Shown: positions 39,073 to 49,345, counted from the stretch's first letter. The stretch is 64,000 nucleotides of DNA from an uncultured Chloroflexia bacterium (GCA_963797095.1 CAWCNY010000004.1:640001-704000), one strand, 5' to 3'. Notes: a model not told the origin generated them from the sequence alone. Translations and numbers: made by a program.

Positions 39073-40746
39073 TCACACGCACGGCACTTCAACTACCACC
39101 ATCGTACCCTGGCCTGATGGGTTGGGGCCTATTTCGAACCTGCCGCCCAGTTGTTCTACTCGCTCCCTCATAGAGGTGAGACCAAGCGTGCCCGGCTTCA
39201 CCAGGCCCGTCTCAATTCCCACACCGTTGTCCTTTATCTTCAGCATAACACATTCGTCCTGTGAGTTGAGATAGATGGCGGCTTCGGTAGCCTTGGCGTG
39301 CTTGACTATATTATTTAGGGCTTCCTGGGCCACTCGGAACAGGGCTTTTTCGATGTTCAGAGGGAGCCGTCCCTGCCCCTTCGTGTCCACGCGCACCACC
39401 AAACCATAGCGGTCGCTGATCATTTTGGCGTGCTTGGTGAGCACCGCTGCCAAACCCTCCTGCTCAAGATTAGCGGGCCGCAGCTCGAAGATCAGGGTGC
39501 GCATCTCCTTGAGAGCAGCGTTCGCCGTTTCGTACAGCAACCTGATCTGAGAGCGGGCTTTCTCCTGGTCGCTGTCGAAAAAGAGATTGGCTGCCTCTGC
39601 ATTCAGCACCATGCTGAACAACGACTGTGATAGGCTGTCGTGCAACTCACGCGCAAGCCTGTTGCGCTCTTGCAAGATATCCTGCTCGCGAGACCTATCG
39701 TAGAGGCGAGCGTTCTCTATCGCGATAGCCGCCTGATTCGAGAAGGCCAGCACGGTCCTTCCGTCGTCCTCGTCATAATACTCAGGATCGCTCTTGTCGA
39801 GGGTCAGCGCACCGATTACTTCATCACGGAACATGAGGGGCACGCCAATCCAAGATCGCGTTGGATCGTCTCGGTTGCCTATGTAGCCCGGTTCTTCACG
39901 CACGTTGCTAAGCACCACCGGGGCCTGGCCTTCGAGGAGCCTCCTGGTTAGCTCGTTCTCATTGCGGTCGAAGCTGACGCCTATAATATCCTCACCTTCG
40001 GTAAATCCCTTGGCCGCAATCACGCGCAGGTGGTCCCCGAACAGGAGCATTATCGAGGACCGGTCGTATTGCACCACCTCGGCAAGCTGGTCGAGGATGA
40101 GGGCAAGCACGTTATCCAGGTCGAGCGACGAAGATATCAGGGCGCTTGAACGCACCAGCGCAGACACTTCGCGCACGCGCCGCTTCAGTTGCAGGCGCTG
40201 GCGCTCAAGCTCGGACACCTGCTCCTGCAATTGCGCGTTGAGAGCCAGCGAATAGAGCTTGCTGAACCGGATCACAAGCCAACGCAAGGCAGAATCGAGC
40301 GACCGCGCCATCTCCAGCGCGGCGCTGTCATCACCGTCCCAGCCCTGCTCGCGGCGGATGATTGGGAGCAACGCCTCGTCAAGAAGCAGATGCCCCTCGA
40401 TCACCTCCGATATGTCGAATCCCTGCTCGGCTCTTTGCTCGCAAATCGTTTGCGAGTAAGCTATAAGCCCATCATAGTTCCCCGACCGGAACAGATCGGC
40501 CAGCGCGGTGATGCAACTGTTCGAGCAGCTCTGTAGCTCGGTGACGGGGCGCTCGCGGTAGTGGGAATCCTCCATCGAGTAGAGGAGCTTGACCCAGGCG
40601 GCGATCAATTCGTCCTTATAGGCTTCTAACAGGTCAGCCAGGCTTGGATTTTGGATCTTGGGCTTGGGATTTTGAATCTTGGCACGCGCTTTCTGCGCAC
40701 CCTGATCGGTGTAAGGTTTTGTTTCTGTCGATTCTACTCTAGCCAT
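39073..40746 (-). CDS. Cytoplasmic histidine kinase (RsbRD_N-like + GAF + HisKA_3 + HATPase)
   Basis: RAEQGFDISEV, RSWIGVPL, ERNRLARELHDSLSQ, DNGVG; no TM. Confidence 0.92.
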   Translation of the reverse strand: MARVESTETKPYTDQGAQKARAKIQNPKPKIQNPSLADLLEAYKDELIAAWVKLLYSMEDSHYRERPVTELQSCSNSCITALADLFRSGNYDGLIAYSQTICEQRAEQGFDISEVIEGHLLLDEALLPIIRREQGWDGDDSAALEMARSLDSALRWLVIRFSKLYSLALNAQLQEQVSELERQRLQLKRRVREVSALVRSSALISSSLDLDNVLALILDQLAEVVQYDRSSIMLLFGDHLRVIAAKGFTEGEDIIGVSFDRNENELTRRLLEGQAPVVLSNVREEPGYIGNRDDPTRSWIGVPLMFRDEVIGALTLDKSDPEYYDEDDGRTVLAFSNQAAIAIENARLYDRSREQDILQERNRLARELHDSLSQSLFSMVLNAEAANLFFDSDQEKARSQIRLLYETANAALKEMRTLIFELRPANLEQEGLAAVLTKHAKMISDRYGLVVRVDTKGQGRLPLNIEKALFRVAQEALNNIVKHAKATEAAIYLNSQDECVMLKIKDNGVGIETGLVKPGTLGLTSMRERVEQLGGRFEIGPNPSGQGTMVVVEVPCV

Positions 40747-40792
40747 GTATGTCCACCATAATAACCGAAAATCCGCAGCCTGTTATTCATAA

Positions 40793-42223
40793 TCACTTCT
40801 TGCCTGGTACACCAGGCTCGGTCATAGCCACCGGATCGAGGATGCGGTCCAATTCCTCGGCGGTGAGGAAGCCGTTTGCCAGCACGATCTCGCGGATCGG
40901 CTTGCCGGTGCGCGAGTTCTCCTGGGCAACTTTGGCGGCGGCGCTGTACCCTATGTAAGCGTTGAGAGCGGTCGCCAGGCCGTTGCTGTTCTCCACATAC
41001 CAGGCGCAACGCTCCTCGTTGGCCGTGATCCCTTCAATGCAGTACTCGGCCACGACCTCCATAGCGTTACGCAATATATCTATGCTCATCAGCATATCGA
41101 ACGCCATTACCGGCATCATCACGTTCAATTCAAGCTGGCCTGCCTGCACAGCCATCGTGATAGTAGTGTCGTTGCCGATCACCTGGAAGCATGCCATGTT
41201 GAGCATCTCAAGCAAGACCGGGTTGACCTTGCCCGGCATGATCGAGGAGCCGGGTTGCACCGCTGGCAGACTGATCTCGGAGAGGCCGGTCTGCGGGCCG
41301 GACGACATCAAGCGCAGGTCGTTGGCAATGCGGGTCAATTCGAGCGCCAGCAGCTTGAGCGCGCCGTGGGCTTCGGCCATCGCATACTGCGACTCGGTCA
41401 TCTCCACAAGGTGCTCGGCGGGTTTGAGGGGAAGGCCCGTTAGCTCGGAGAGCTTGGTGACCACCGCTTTCTGGTAGCGCGGATCGCTGTTGAGACCGGT
41501 GCCTGCCGCCGTCGCGCCGATGTTCAATTCAAGCAGGGCTTCAGCAGCGTGCCTGATCTTCTTGTTCATCTTGTCGAGGGTTCGACCGTATGCGGTGAAC
41601 TCCTGCCCTAGCCTGATCGGAACAGCATCCTGCAAGTGGGTCCTACCAGACTTTACGATGTGGTCGAACTCCTTCCCTTTGGCCGCGAAAGCCTTTTGCA
41701 GGCGCTCCAGCGAAGGGTAAAGAAGCTGCAATTGCATCAGGGAGGCCAGTCGCATAGCGGTCGGGAAAACGTCGTTGGTCGATTGCGCCATATTTACGTG
41801 GTCGTTGGGGTGGATAGGCTTGTACTCGCCGCGCTTGCCGCCCAGGCTCTCGTTGGCTATGTTGGCAAGCACTTCGTTGGTGTTCATATTGTGCGAGGTG
41901 CCCGCGCCCGCCTGGATCGGGTCCACGCGCCACTGGTCAAGATACTCGCCGTTCAACACCCGCTCGGCGGCGGCTACGATGGCGCTTGCGCGCTCAGGGT
42001 CAAGCTGGCCCAGGTCGCGGTTCACCTCGGCTGCTGCGCGCTTGACGAGCACCGTGGCCCGCACAAGCGTAGGGTGGGGCCGCAGACCTGTGATCGGGAA
42101 GTTGCGAATGGCCCGCGAAGTCTGCGCGCCGTACAACGCATCCACCGGCACCTGCACGTCGCCCAGCGAGTTTTTTTCGATCCGATATGCGTCACTAGCC
42201 CCATTGGTAGTGTTTTCAGCCAT
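40793..42223 (-). CDS. aspA: Aspartate ammonia-lyase (fumarase/aspartase family)
   Basis: GSSIMPGKVNP signature; QAGAGTSHNMN, GATAAGTGLN and GQLELNV favour AspA over FumC. Confidence 0.85.
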   Translation of the reverse strand: MAENTTNGASDAYRIEKNSLGDVQVPVDALYGAQTSRAIRNFPITGLRPHPTLVRATVLVKRAAAEVNRDLGQLDPERASAIVAAAERVLNGEYLDQWRVDPIQAGAGTSHNMNTNEVLANIANESLGGKRGEYKPIHPNDHVNMAQSTNDVFPTAMRLASLMQLQLLYPSLERLQKAFAAKGKEFDHIVKSGRTHLQDAVPIRLGQEFTAYGRTLDKMNKKIRHAAEALLELNIGATAAGTGLNSDPRYQKAVVTKLSELTGLPLKPAEHLVEMTESQYAMAEAHGALKLLALELTRIANDLRLMSSGPQTGLSEISLPAVQPGSSIMPGKVNPVLLEMLNMACFQVIGNDTTITMAVQAGQLELNVMMPVMAFDMLMSIDILRNAMEVVAEYCIEGITANEERCAWYVENSNGLATALNAYIGYSAAAKVAQENSRTGKPIREIVLANGFLTAEELDRILDPVAMTEPGVPGKK

Positions 42224-42304
42224 GATGTAAGATTCCTCCGTGTTCGTAAATGCTCACACCCATTATAATCTCCCATATCTACCCCCACAAGGCGCGCTGC
42301 CCAC

Positions 42305-43096
42305 ATGACCACACTCATCGTAAAACTCCTGCTAACTCCTATCCTCATAGCCCTCGTATCCCTGGCGGGCAGGAGGTGGGGACCGGCGGCAAGTGGTCTC
42401 CTTGTGGGATTACCCCTAACTTCGGGGCCGGTGTCAGTGTTTCTTGCTCTCGAACAGGGCACGACCTTTGCGGCGCTGGCCGCCACCGGCACGCTGGTTG
42501 GCCTGGCTGGCGTATCGGTCTTCTGCCTTGCTTACTGCCTTACGGCACGCGGGCGCTCATGGGGGCGATCCACGCTGGTGGCGTTGGGGGCCTTTGTGCC
42601 GACAATGGCGCTGCTCGGCGTTTGGACCTACACGCTGCCCGTAGCCTTCGCGATGGCGTTTGCCTTCCTTCTCGGAACTTACCTGCTGATCCCCAACCTG
42701 AAAGAGACGCTAAACAAGTCCAAGCCACCCAAATGGGACCTCCCTGTTCGTATGTTGATCGCGACCGGACTGGTGTTGAGCTTAACCGAAGCCGCCTCTC
42801 TGCTGGGGCCGGAGTTGAGCGGGCTGCTCTCTCCACTGCCTGTCTTCTCGACAATCCTGGCCGTGTTTGCCCACCACACTCATGGGGCTGCCTCCGGCAT
42901 CAGGGTGCTCAAAGGCCAGATCATAGGGTTGTTTGCGTTTGCCACCTTCTTCCTCATAGTCGGTAGTCTCCTTACCCAGCTAGAAATCCTGCTCACTTAC
43001 ACCATAGCCACAGCCGCCGCCCTGGTGATAAGCGCGTTCGCGCACCTCTATGTGCGCCGCGAAGGATCGCGCCGCTCGCTTCCAGTAGGGAAGTAG
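42305..43096 (+). CDS. Membrane protein with an internal duplication (DUF3147-like)
   Basis: Two GP..SGLL..LP repeats; ~8 TM. Confidence 0.75.
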   Translation: MTTLIVKLLLTPILIALVSLAGRRWGPAASGLLVGLPLTSGPVSVFLALEQGTTFAALAATGTLVGLAGVSVFCLAYCLTARGRSWGRSTLVALGAFVPTMALLGVWTYTLPVAFAMAFAFLLGTYLLIPNLKETLNKSKPPKWDLPVRMLIATGLVLSLTEAASLLGPELSGLLSPLPVFSTILAVFAHHTHGAASGIRVLKGQIIGLFAFATFFLIVGSLLTQLEILLTYTIATAAALVISAFAHLYVRREGSRRSLPVGK

Positions 43097-43307
43097 GGGC
43101 ACCAAAGGTGGGCAATGTTGTCGCATAGACCCAAGAACGTGGCCCAAGTGCGGGCACTATGCTGGTGTTCTTTTGCGACAACATTGCCACTTCCTGAAAA
43201 GAGGCGAAGCCAACCGACTCTTCTGCCGCGTACCTCGTGCTATAATACGTCTGATGAGGGTCGTAGGCGTGCCCTGAAACTGACATAGCATCAAAAGCAC
43301 AACAAAG

Positions 43308-44009
43308 ATGAGCGACAAGATCATCCTGCTTGTAGACGACGAGCCGCATATACTTGAGCTTATCAAGCTCTACATGGCGAGCGAGCCGTACAACATCGAG
43401 ACCGCCACCACCGGGCCGGAGGCGTTGAGCAAGTTCGCCTCACTTAGGCCCGATCTGATTGTGCTCGACCTCATGCTCCCGGAGATCGACGGCTGGGAGG
43501 TGTGCCGCAGGATCAGGCGCGAAAGCGAAGTGCCGATCATCATGCTCACGGCGCGCACCGACGACGTGGACAAGATCGTTGGCCTTGAACTTGGCGCGGA
43601 CGACTACATGGGCAAGCCGTTCAACCCACGCGAACTGGCGGCCCGCATTAAGGCTGTACTGCGCCGCGCATCGGCCCCCGAACGCCCCCTCACCGCGGGC
43701 CGCCCTCCAATGACCTTTGGCAACACCACCATCGACCAGGATCGCCACGAAGTCACCATAAACGACGAGCAGATTGAGTTGCGCACCAAAGAATTCGAGC
43801 TATTGGTGGCTTTCGTTCAGCACAAGGGGCTTGTCCTGGAACGCGACAAGTTGCTCAACATAGTGTGGGGCTACGAATATTTCGGCGACACGCGCACAGT
43901 TGATGTGCACGTAGCCCATCTGCGCGACCGGTTGGCAGGCTCCAACATCAATATCCAGACGATAAGAGGCGTAGGTTACAAGGCGGTGCTGTCGGACGAA
44001 GAACGATAG
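43308..44009 (+). CDS. OmpR-family response regulator
   Basis: LDLMLP, GADDYMGKPF, RTVDVHV..LR, TIRGVGY. Confidence 0.96.
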   Translation: MSDKIILLVDDEPHILELIKLYMASEPYNIETATTGPEALSKFASLRPDLIVLDLMLPEIDGWEVCRRIRRESEVPIIMLTARTDDVDKIVGLELGADDYMGKPFNPRELAARIKAVLRRASAPERPLTAGRPPMTFGNTTIDQDRHEVTINDEQIELRTKEFELLVAFVQHKGLVLERDKLLNIVWGYEYFGDTRTVDVHVAHLRDRLAGSNINIQTIRGVGYKAVLSDEER

Positions 44010-44120
44010 ACGGACGAAGGACGAAAGCGATTTTACAAGCATTTTACACTCACGCTACCCTCATCTAATCGCACCCTGCTAAGGTAGAATGATAACCGCA
44101 CGATCGAACTTCACTAGCAA

Positions 44121-44160
44121 TTCGTCACTCGTCACTCGTCACTCGTCACCCGTCACTCGT
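44121..44160. repeat. (ACTCGTC)n heptamer repeat
   Basis: About 5 copies between regulator and kinase. Confidence 0.9.
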
Positions 44161-44175
44161 CGTCCGCCCAAAACA

Positions 44176-45771
44176 ATGTTTCGCACTCTAAGGTCCAAGC
44201 TAACATTCTCTTACCTGGCGGTGGCGCTCCTTTGCCTGCTGCTTGCAATCGGAGGCACGCTGGCGCTGGCGCGTAACTACGCACAACGCGAGGGCTACAA
44301 AACGCTGGACGAGAAGTGGTCGCTGGCGATGCCCCTCATTAGAGTAGCAGCCAACAACGAGGCCCGCCGCGACACCGTCCTCACGCGGGCGATCCTGGGC
44401 ACTGTTCAGGATGCCATACGAAACGCCAACGTGCGCGTGCTGCTGGTGGACCCCGCTACCCTCCAGGTGGTCGAGGACACGTCGACGCGCTACAACGCCA
44501 CGGGCCAGCGCATCAATTTCGACGTGGACGATGCCGACCTTCAAGACCAACTGCTATCCAGCGACGGCGTGCAGGGGGTCTATCGCTTCGGTGGCGAGGT
44601 CGAGGCGCTCCAATATGTAGCCAGGCGCGTGCCCGCTGTGCGCATCGGCGCCGGTGCTCAGGCACAAAATGACCTGGGGGCGGCCATTTCCTACATAGTG
44701 GTGCTCGCCCAGCCTGTGCCACGACTATTTACCGGGCTGATCGGTGAGCTTCGCGATGCCCTGATCCCTTCAATAGTAGTGGCTCTGCTTGTGGCGCTCA
44801 TTGTCGCCTATCTTCTCGCTAGATCGATCTCAAGGCCAGTGAGCAGGCTGGCGACCGCAGCCGCGGCCCTCGCGAAAGGCGATTACACCCAGCGAATTGA
44901 AGTGAACGGCCAGGACGAGTTGGCGACCCTCACAGGCCGGTTCAACGAAATGGCAGCCGAGGTGGGGCGCGCCCACCAGATGCAGCGTGATTTCATCGCG
45001 AACGTGTCGCACGACCTCAAAACACCTCTCACATCGATTCAGGGATTCTCTCAAGCCATGCTGGATGGCGCTATCCGGGATGAAGCGGGCTACCGGCAGG
45101 CGGCGGGCATCATCAACACCGAGGCCCACCGCATGACCCGATTGGTGGCCGAACTCCTCACCCTGGCGCGTCTTGAGTCCGGTCTCCACTCGCTTGAGAT
45201 GCGCCCCGTCGATTTGGGCGAGGTGATCACGCAGCTTGCGCTAGCCATGCAACCGCAGGCCCGAGATGCAGGGGTCACTCTGTCGGCGCGCCTTCTCGTG
45301 CAGGATGCTATCGTGCTGGCCGACGTGGACAAGCTCAAGCAAGCGTTCGGCAACCTGGTAGATAATGCCCTCAAGCATACGCCGCCCGGAGGCAAAGTCA
45401 CCCTGGAAATGAGCCGCATACCCGGTGGCGTGATGGTCAAGGTGGTGGACACCGGTAAGGGCATCCCGCCCGACGAGTTACCCCGCGTTATGGAGCGCTT
45501 CTACCAGATAGAGAAGGCGCGCACATCAAGCGGGTTGCCCAATGCCGACGAGCGCCGCATCGGCCTGGGCCTCGCTATAGCACGCGAGATTGTGAACGCG
45601 CACCGGGGCGGCATCACCATCGAAAGCGCGGTGGGCGTTGGAACGACGGTGCTGGTCAGCCTCCCCGCCGAGCCTGCCCACGCCGAACCCCAGGCAGGCC
45701 AAAAGAGGCCCACCCGCGTCCCCAACGGTAAAGAGCCTGCGGAACCTCTCCTCCCCAGCAGCCCCAGGTGA
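44176..45771 (+). CDS. HAMP-domain membrane sensor histidine kinase
   Basis: 2 TM, HAMP (DELATL...FNEMA), VSHDLKTPLT, NLVDNALKHT, DTGKGI. Confidence 0.95.
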   Translation: MFRTLRSKLTFSYLAVALLCLLLAIGGTLALARNYAQREGYKTLDEKWSLAMPLIRVAANNEARRDTVLTRAILGTVQDAIRNANVRVLLVDPATLQVVEDTSTRYNATGQRINFDVDDADLQDQLLSSDGVQGVYRFGGEVEALQYVARRVPAVRIGAGAQAQNDLGAAISYIVVLAQPVPRLFTGLIGELRDALIPSIVVALLVALIVAYLLARSISRPVSRLATAAAALAKGDYTQRIEVNGQDELATLTGRFNEMAAEVGRAHQMQRDFIANVSHDLKTPLTSIQGFSQAMLDGAIRDEAGYRQAAGIINTEAHRMTRLVAELLTLARLESGLHSLEMRPVDLGEVITQLALAMQPQARDAGVTLSARLLVQDAIVLADVDKLKQAFGNLVDNALKHTPPGGKVTLEMSRIPGGVMVKVVDTGKGIPPDELPRVMERFYQIEKARTSSGLPNADERRIGLGLAIAREIVNAHRGGITIESAVGVGTTVLVSLPAEPAHAEPQAGQKRPTRVPNGKEPAEPLLPSSPR

Positions 45772-45802
45772 GAACCGGCTCGATCTCGCCAAAAGCTCCT
45801 AT

Positions 45803-45853
45803 AGGAGCGAACGGTCGTAAGGAGCGAACGGTCGTAAGGAGCGAACGGTCGTA
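45803..45853. repeat. 17-bp tandem repeat (AGGAGCGAACGGTCGTA)x3
   Basis: Three exact adjacent copies, no spacers. Confidence 0.9.
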
Positions 45854-45867
45854 CGCACACAAAGCAA

Positions 45868-45955
45868 GTAGTCCCAAAGGGACGCAAGAGAGTAGCCCAG
45901 GGCGTAAGCCCTGTGGTAAGGCAAGGAAAGTGCCAAAGCCCCGAGGGGCGTAAGA
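45868..45955. repeat. REP-like multi-hairpin element
   Basis: GTCCCAAAGGGAC, CCAGGGCGTAAGCCCTG(T)GG and GCCCCGAGGGGC hairpins in series. Confidence 0.55.
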
Positions 45956-46704
45956 GGACGCACAAGACAACAACCCCAACCCCTTTGTGATCCCTTCGTG
46001 CTCTTTGCGCCTTAGTAGTTCAAAACACCAGGCTTCGCACATCTCACGCATAAAAAGTCATACCAATAGGTACTTGCATCCACAGAACAAGTGCGCTAAG
46101 ATCCTACACAAGAAGTACTTTCAACCTCCCTGCCGCGCAGCAAGGAGGGCAAAAGGACAAGACTGGTGTCCCTGTGTATCTTTGCGTTAGTACCTTTACA
46201 AACCACATAAACCATCACTACTACCAGCACTTTACAAACCAAAGAGAATGGTGAGCCAAAAGCCGGTGGCTCTCTCAACACCACCCCCCACCCCTCCGGT
46301 CTCTCATCACCGGACCCTTACAGCAACCCGCAAGTAGCCCACAAGGCGAACACAAGGGAACCTCACAAGGGAAACAGCACGGAGCAGCGAAGCAGTGTGC
46401 ATTCGTGTCGCACCCTCTAAAGGCAAGAGCAATCTTGTGCTAACTGCAAACACGAGCCCAGTTGCGCCATAGGGACATCCCTTCTATTCAGCAACAGCCA
46501 CAACGAAACACAAAAAGGAAAGGGTGCACAAGCCCAAAAGCAAGTGCACCCCCTTTCCCATACCCATCAATCACCAAATCCAACAAGAAATCCGCAATTC
46601 CGAACTCTGCACTCCGCACAAGGCCTTCCATTGATCTTGTTTGCACTGGAAACTTGCGGCGGGCAAAGTTATAATTCTCAGGATGGGGAAACGAACGGAC
46701 ACCA

Positions 46705-46884
46705 ATGCCTGAAATCGGCAACTGGCTCTTGCCTCTACTTGTGGTGGTCGTGCTGGCAGTTGCCACGCTCGTATTTGCGCGCTTCATCGGCCAATGGATT
46801 GACGCACAGGGCAACTCCGTCGTAGACAAACCACGTGAGACGCGCAAGCGGCGATCACAGGACACGGAGCACCGTTCGGAATAA
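46705..46884 (+). CDS. 59-aa single-TM small protein
   Basis: MPEIGNWLLPLLVVVVLAVATLVFARFIGQWID plus charged tail; TATAAT at 46670; leads the DUF4491 pair. Confidence 0.65.
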   Translation: MPEIGNWLLPLLVVVVLAVATLVFARFIGQWIDAQGNSVVDKPRETRKRRSQDTEHRSE

Positions 46885-46902
46885 CAACCTCGGAGGAATC
46901 TA

Positions 46903-47262
46903 TTGAACTGGACCGGAATCATATTCGGCCTCTTTTCTGCGCTTGTAATAGGCATGGGCTTCGTGTGGGTGATCAGGTTCGAGTACCTGGTTGGCGCGTA
47001 CAGGTGGAAGTGGGTGGCAGCTGCCGGCCTCGCACTGGTGGCCGCGTCAATCTTCATGCCCAACTTTGCCCTCGCCGCCCTCCTGGGCATCGCGGGAGGC
47101 AGCATCACATGGGGCGCTATGGAACTACCTCACCAGGAGGAACGCGTGGACCACGGCCTCTTTCGTGCGCACCCCAGGCGCGCCGAGCGCCCTCACCTGG
47201 CACACAATGACAGCAATGCTCACGGCAACAAGCCAGGTCTCGGCAAATGGTGGAGCTTTTAG
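46903..47262 (+). CDS. DUF4491-family membrane protein
   Basis: VIRFEYLVG...ELPHQEERVDHGLF..HP; GGAGG RBS with TTG start. Confidence 0.78.
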   Translation: MNWTGIIFGLFSALVIGMGFVWVIRFEYLVGAYRWKWVAAAGLALVAASIFMPNFALAALLGIAGGSITWGAMELPHQEERVDHGLFRAHPRRAERPHLAHNDSNAHGNKPGLGKWWSF

Positions 47263-47748
47263 ATGCTATTCGGCCTTGATCTACAAATAGCAGGACCCAT
47301 CCTGGCGGGAGTGACCTTCCTGACCATCTGGTGGGGTCATGTGCTTGTGCGTATCGTCCACTACTATTTTGGCACGCGTCCAGCACCTATCCTGTTCGTG
47401 GTGGGGTTGCTACTCCTGTTCACAAGCACGCAGTTGGGCAGCGATCTTTTGTCGGCGGGGCTTGGCATAGTGGGCCTCACGCTACTGTGGGATGCCTTCG
47501 AGCTACATCGCCAGGAGGCGCGGGTGCGCCAGGGCCATGCGCCGCTCAACCCAAGAGTCCATCACGAGGCGGCGGGTATGCTCGCGTCAAGTCTTGCTAC
47601 CGAGCATGTTGGTGAGAGCGAAGAAGGTGTATGCCTCTCCTGCGGCTCGACCGACACAACCCGCTTCCTGTGCAGGCACGGGCCTTACTGCAAGGTGCGA
47701 CAGTGGGACCGCTACCAACCGCCCCAGCCCATCCCCATCGAGGAATGA
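47263..47748 (+). CDS. DUF4491-family membrane protein with a Cys-rich tail
   Basis: GHVLV...YYFG...ELHRQEARVRQG..P.NP; CLSC...CRHGPYC. Confidence 0.78.
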   Translation: MLFGLDLQIAGPILAGVTFLTIWWGHVLVRIVHYYFGTRPAPILFVVGLLLLFTSTQLGSDLLSAGLGIVGLTLLWDAFELHRQEARVRQGHAPLNPRVHHEAAGMLASSLATEHVGESEEGVCLSCGSTDTTRFLCRHGPYCKVRQWDRYQPPQPIPIEE

Positions 47749-47752
47749 TCTG

Positions 47753-47807
47753 GTCCTAAGATAGAGAGAATGGGCGGTTTTGCCGCCCATTCTCTCTATC
47801 TTAGGAC
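47753..47807. terminator. Perfect inverted repeat with 25-bp arms between convergent genes
   Basis: GTCCTAAGATAGAGAGAATGGGCGG-TTTTG-reverse complement. Confidence 0.75.
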
Positions 47808-47816
47808 GTGTATTGG

Positions 47817-49343
47817 TTACTCGTCCTCTTTGGGGGGCACGGGCTTGGCGGTGCCTTCTATCACATGCTGTGCGGCTACCCCATCGCCGGTGCCGTTGGT
47901 CGAGGTTGCGGCTGAGTTATCCAGACCGGTCACGTGGCTGAGTAGGTCGGCTACCTTCACACCCGTCAGTGTCTCGAACAATTCGGGGATCTGGGCAACC
48001 ATGCGGGCGATGTCGGCGGTAAGCTGGTTCGCACCCGCGCCTTTGCCGTCGTTGCTGCCGGTAGACACGATGGTGATCTTATCCACCTGGCTCAAAGGCT
48101 GGGCGATAGCGCGAGCCACTTCAGGCATGCCTGACAGGAGCTTATCGAGCACGGCTGCCTGGTTGTATTCGCGGAACGCGCCCGCACGCATATGCATAGC
48201 GTCGGCTTCCGCCTGGCCCTTGGCACGAATAACTTCTGCCTCTGCGAGACCACGCGACCTTTCGGCGTCGCCATCGCCGGCACCTTGCACCCTGGACGCT
48301 TCAGCCGCGCCCTGTGCTTCCAGTGAGCGGCGCTGCTTCTCGGCTTCGGCAAGGGTCTCTATCCGCTGGCGCTCGATCTCGGCAGGCTTGAGCACGGTAG
48401 CGATAAGCTCGCGCTCTCGGCGCTGGATCTCGGCGTCCTGCACCTTGATCTGCTCTTCGCGCTGGATGCGCTCGATGCGCACTGCCTCAGCAGCCACCTG
48501 CTGCTGCATGATGTTAGCCTGGATGTCGTACGTCTTGTCGGCGGTAGCCTGCTGCTTGCGTACTGAGGCCATGTAATCGGCCCGCTTTAGCTCAAGGTCG
48601 CGCTGGGCCTCGGCCTGCTTGGCAGCCGAAGCGGTCTCGGCCATCACTCGCTCCTGGTCGGCCTGCGCGCGTGCGATTGCCGACTCGCGCAACGCCTGGG
48701 CGCGCTTGATCTCGGTGTCGCGCTCGGCCTCCGCCGTGGCGATATCGGCCTGCCTCTTGATCGAAACGATATCAGGGCGACCCATGTTCACGATATAATC
48801 GTTCTTGTCGCGCACCTCTTTGATGGTGAACGACACAATCTCAAGACCCATCTTGTCCATATCGTCCGCGGATGTGGCACGCATCCGGTCGGCAACCATT
48901 TCGGGCTGCTTCACAATCTCCTCGACCGTAAGCTGGCCCACGATGCCGCGCAAGTGACCTTCCATCACGAGCCGGATGAAAGCTTCGCGCTGAAGGGCGT
49001 TCTTGGTAAGCAATTGCTCGGCAGCGGTGCGGATCGAGTTGGGATCGCTCTTGATCTTGATCTGGGCAACCGCCTCCACGTTGACCGCCACACCCTGCTT
49101 GGTGAAGAGGTCCTGGGTGGGAGCCACATCGAACGACATCAACTCAAGCGAGAGGAGCTTGGAATCCTGCAATACAGGGAGGACTACAGCGCCTCCGCCC
49201 TTGATCACCCTGGGCTGACCACCGGTGCCAAGACCGTAGATCACCAGCGCCTCGTTCGGGCCAACCTTGCGCACGAGGCTTACTATCCAGGCCAAACCCA
49301 GAAGGATCACTACAACCAAACCAATAATGATATACAGTTCCAC
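47817..49343 (-). CDS. Flotillin (SPFH) protein
   Basis: N-terminal TM, PNEALVI.G, MEGHLRGIVG.LTVEEI, EA-rich coiled coil. Confidence 0.95.
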   Translation of the reverse strand: MELYIIIGLVVVILLGLAWIVSLVRKVGPNEALVIYGLGTGGQPRVIKGGGAVVLPVLQDSKLLSLELMSFDVAPTQDLFTKQGVAVNVEAVAQIKIKSDPNSIRTAAEQLLTKNALQREAFIRLVMEGHLRGIVGQLTVEEIVKQPEMVADRMRATSADDMDKMGLEIVSFTIKEVRDKNDYIVNMGRPDIVSIKRQADIATAEAERDTEIKRAQALRESAIARAQADQERVMAETASAAKQAEAQRDLELKRADYMASVRKQQATADKTYDIQANIMQQQVAAEAVRIERIQREEQIKVQDAEIQRRERELIATVLKPAEIERQRIETLAEAEKQRRSLEAQGAAEASRVQGAGDGDAERSRGLAEAEVIRAKGQAEADAMHMRAGAFREYNQAAVLDKLLSGMPEVARAIAQPLSQVDKITIVSTGSNDGKGAGANQLTADIARMVAQIPELFETLTGVKVADLLSHVTGLDNSAATSTNGTGDGVAAQHVIEGTAKPVPPKEDE

Positions 49344-49345
49344 CT

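Noticed and set aside
44089-44175. Extended kinase N-terminus (SSLVTRHSS...)
   Set aside because: It is the translation of an ACTCGTC repeat; ATG 44176 gives a typical start. The same applies to the dinB 23890 and acyl-CoA dehydrogenase 35902 starts
45803-45853. Possible CRISPR array
   Set aside because: 17-bp units are directly adjacent with no spacers; no cas genes in the window
47770-48576. Long antisense ORFs (also 3137-3841, 54254-54982, 62115-62945 and similar)
   Set aside because: Shadow frames of well-supported genes in GC-rich DNA
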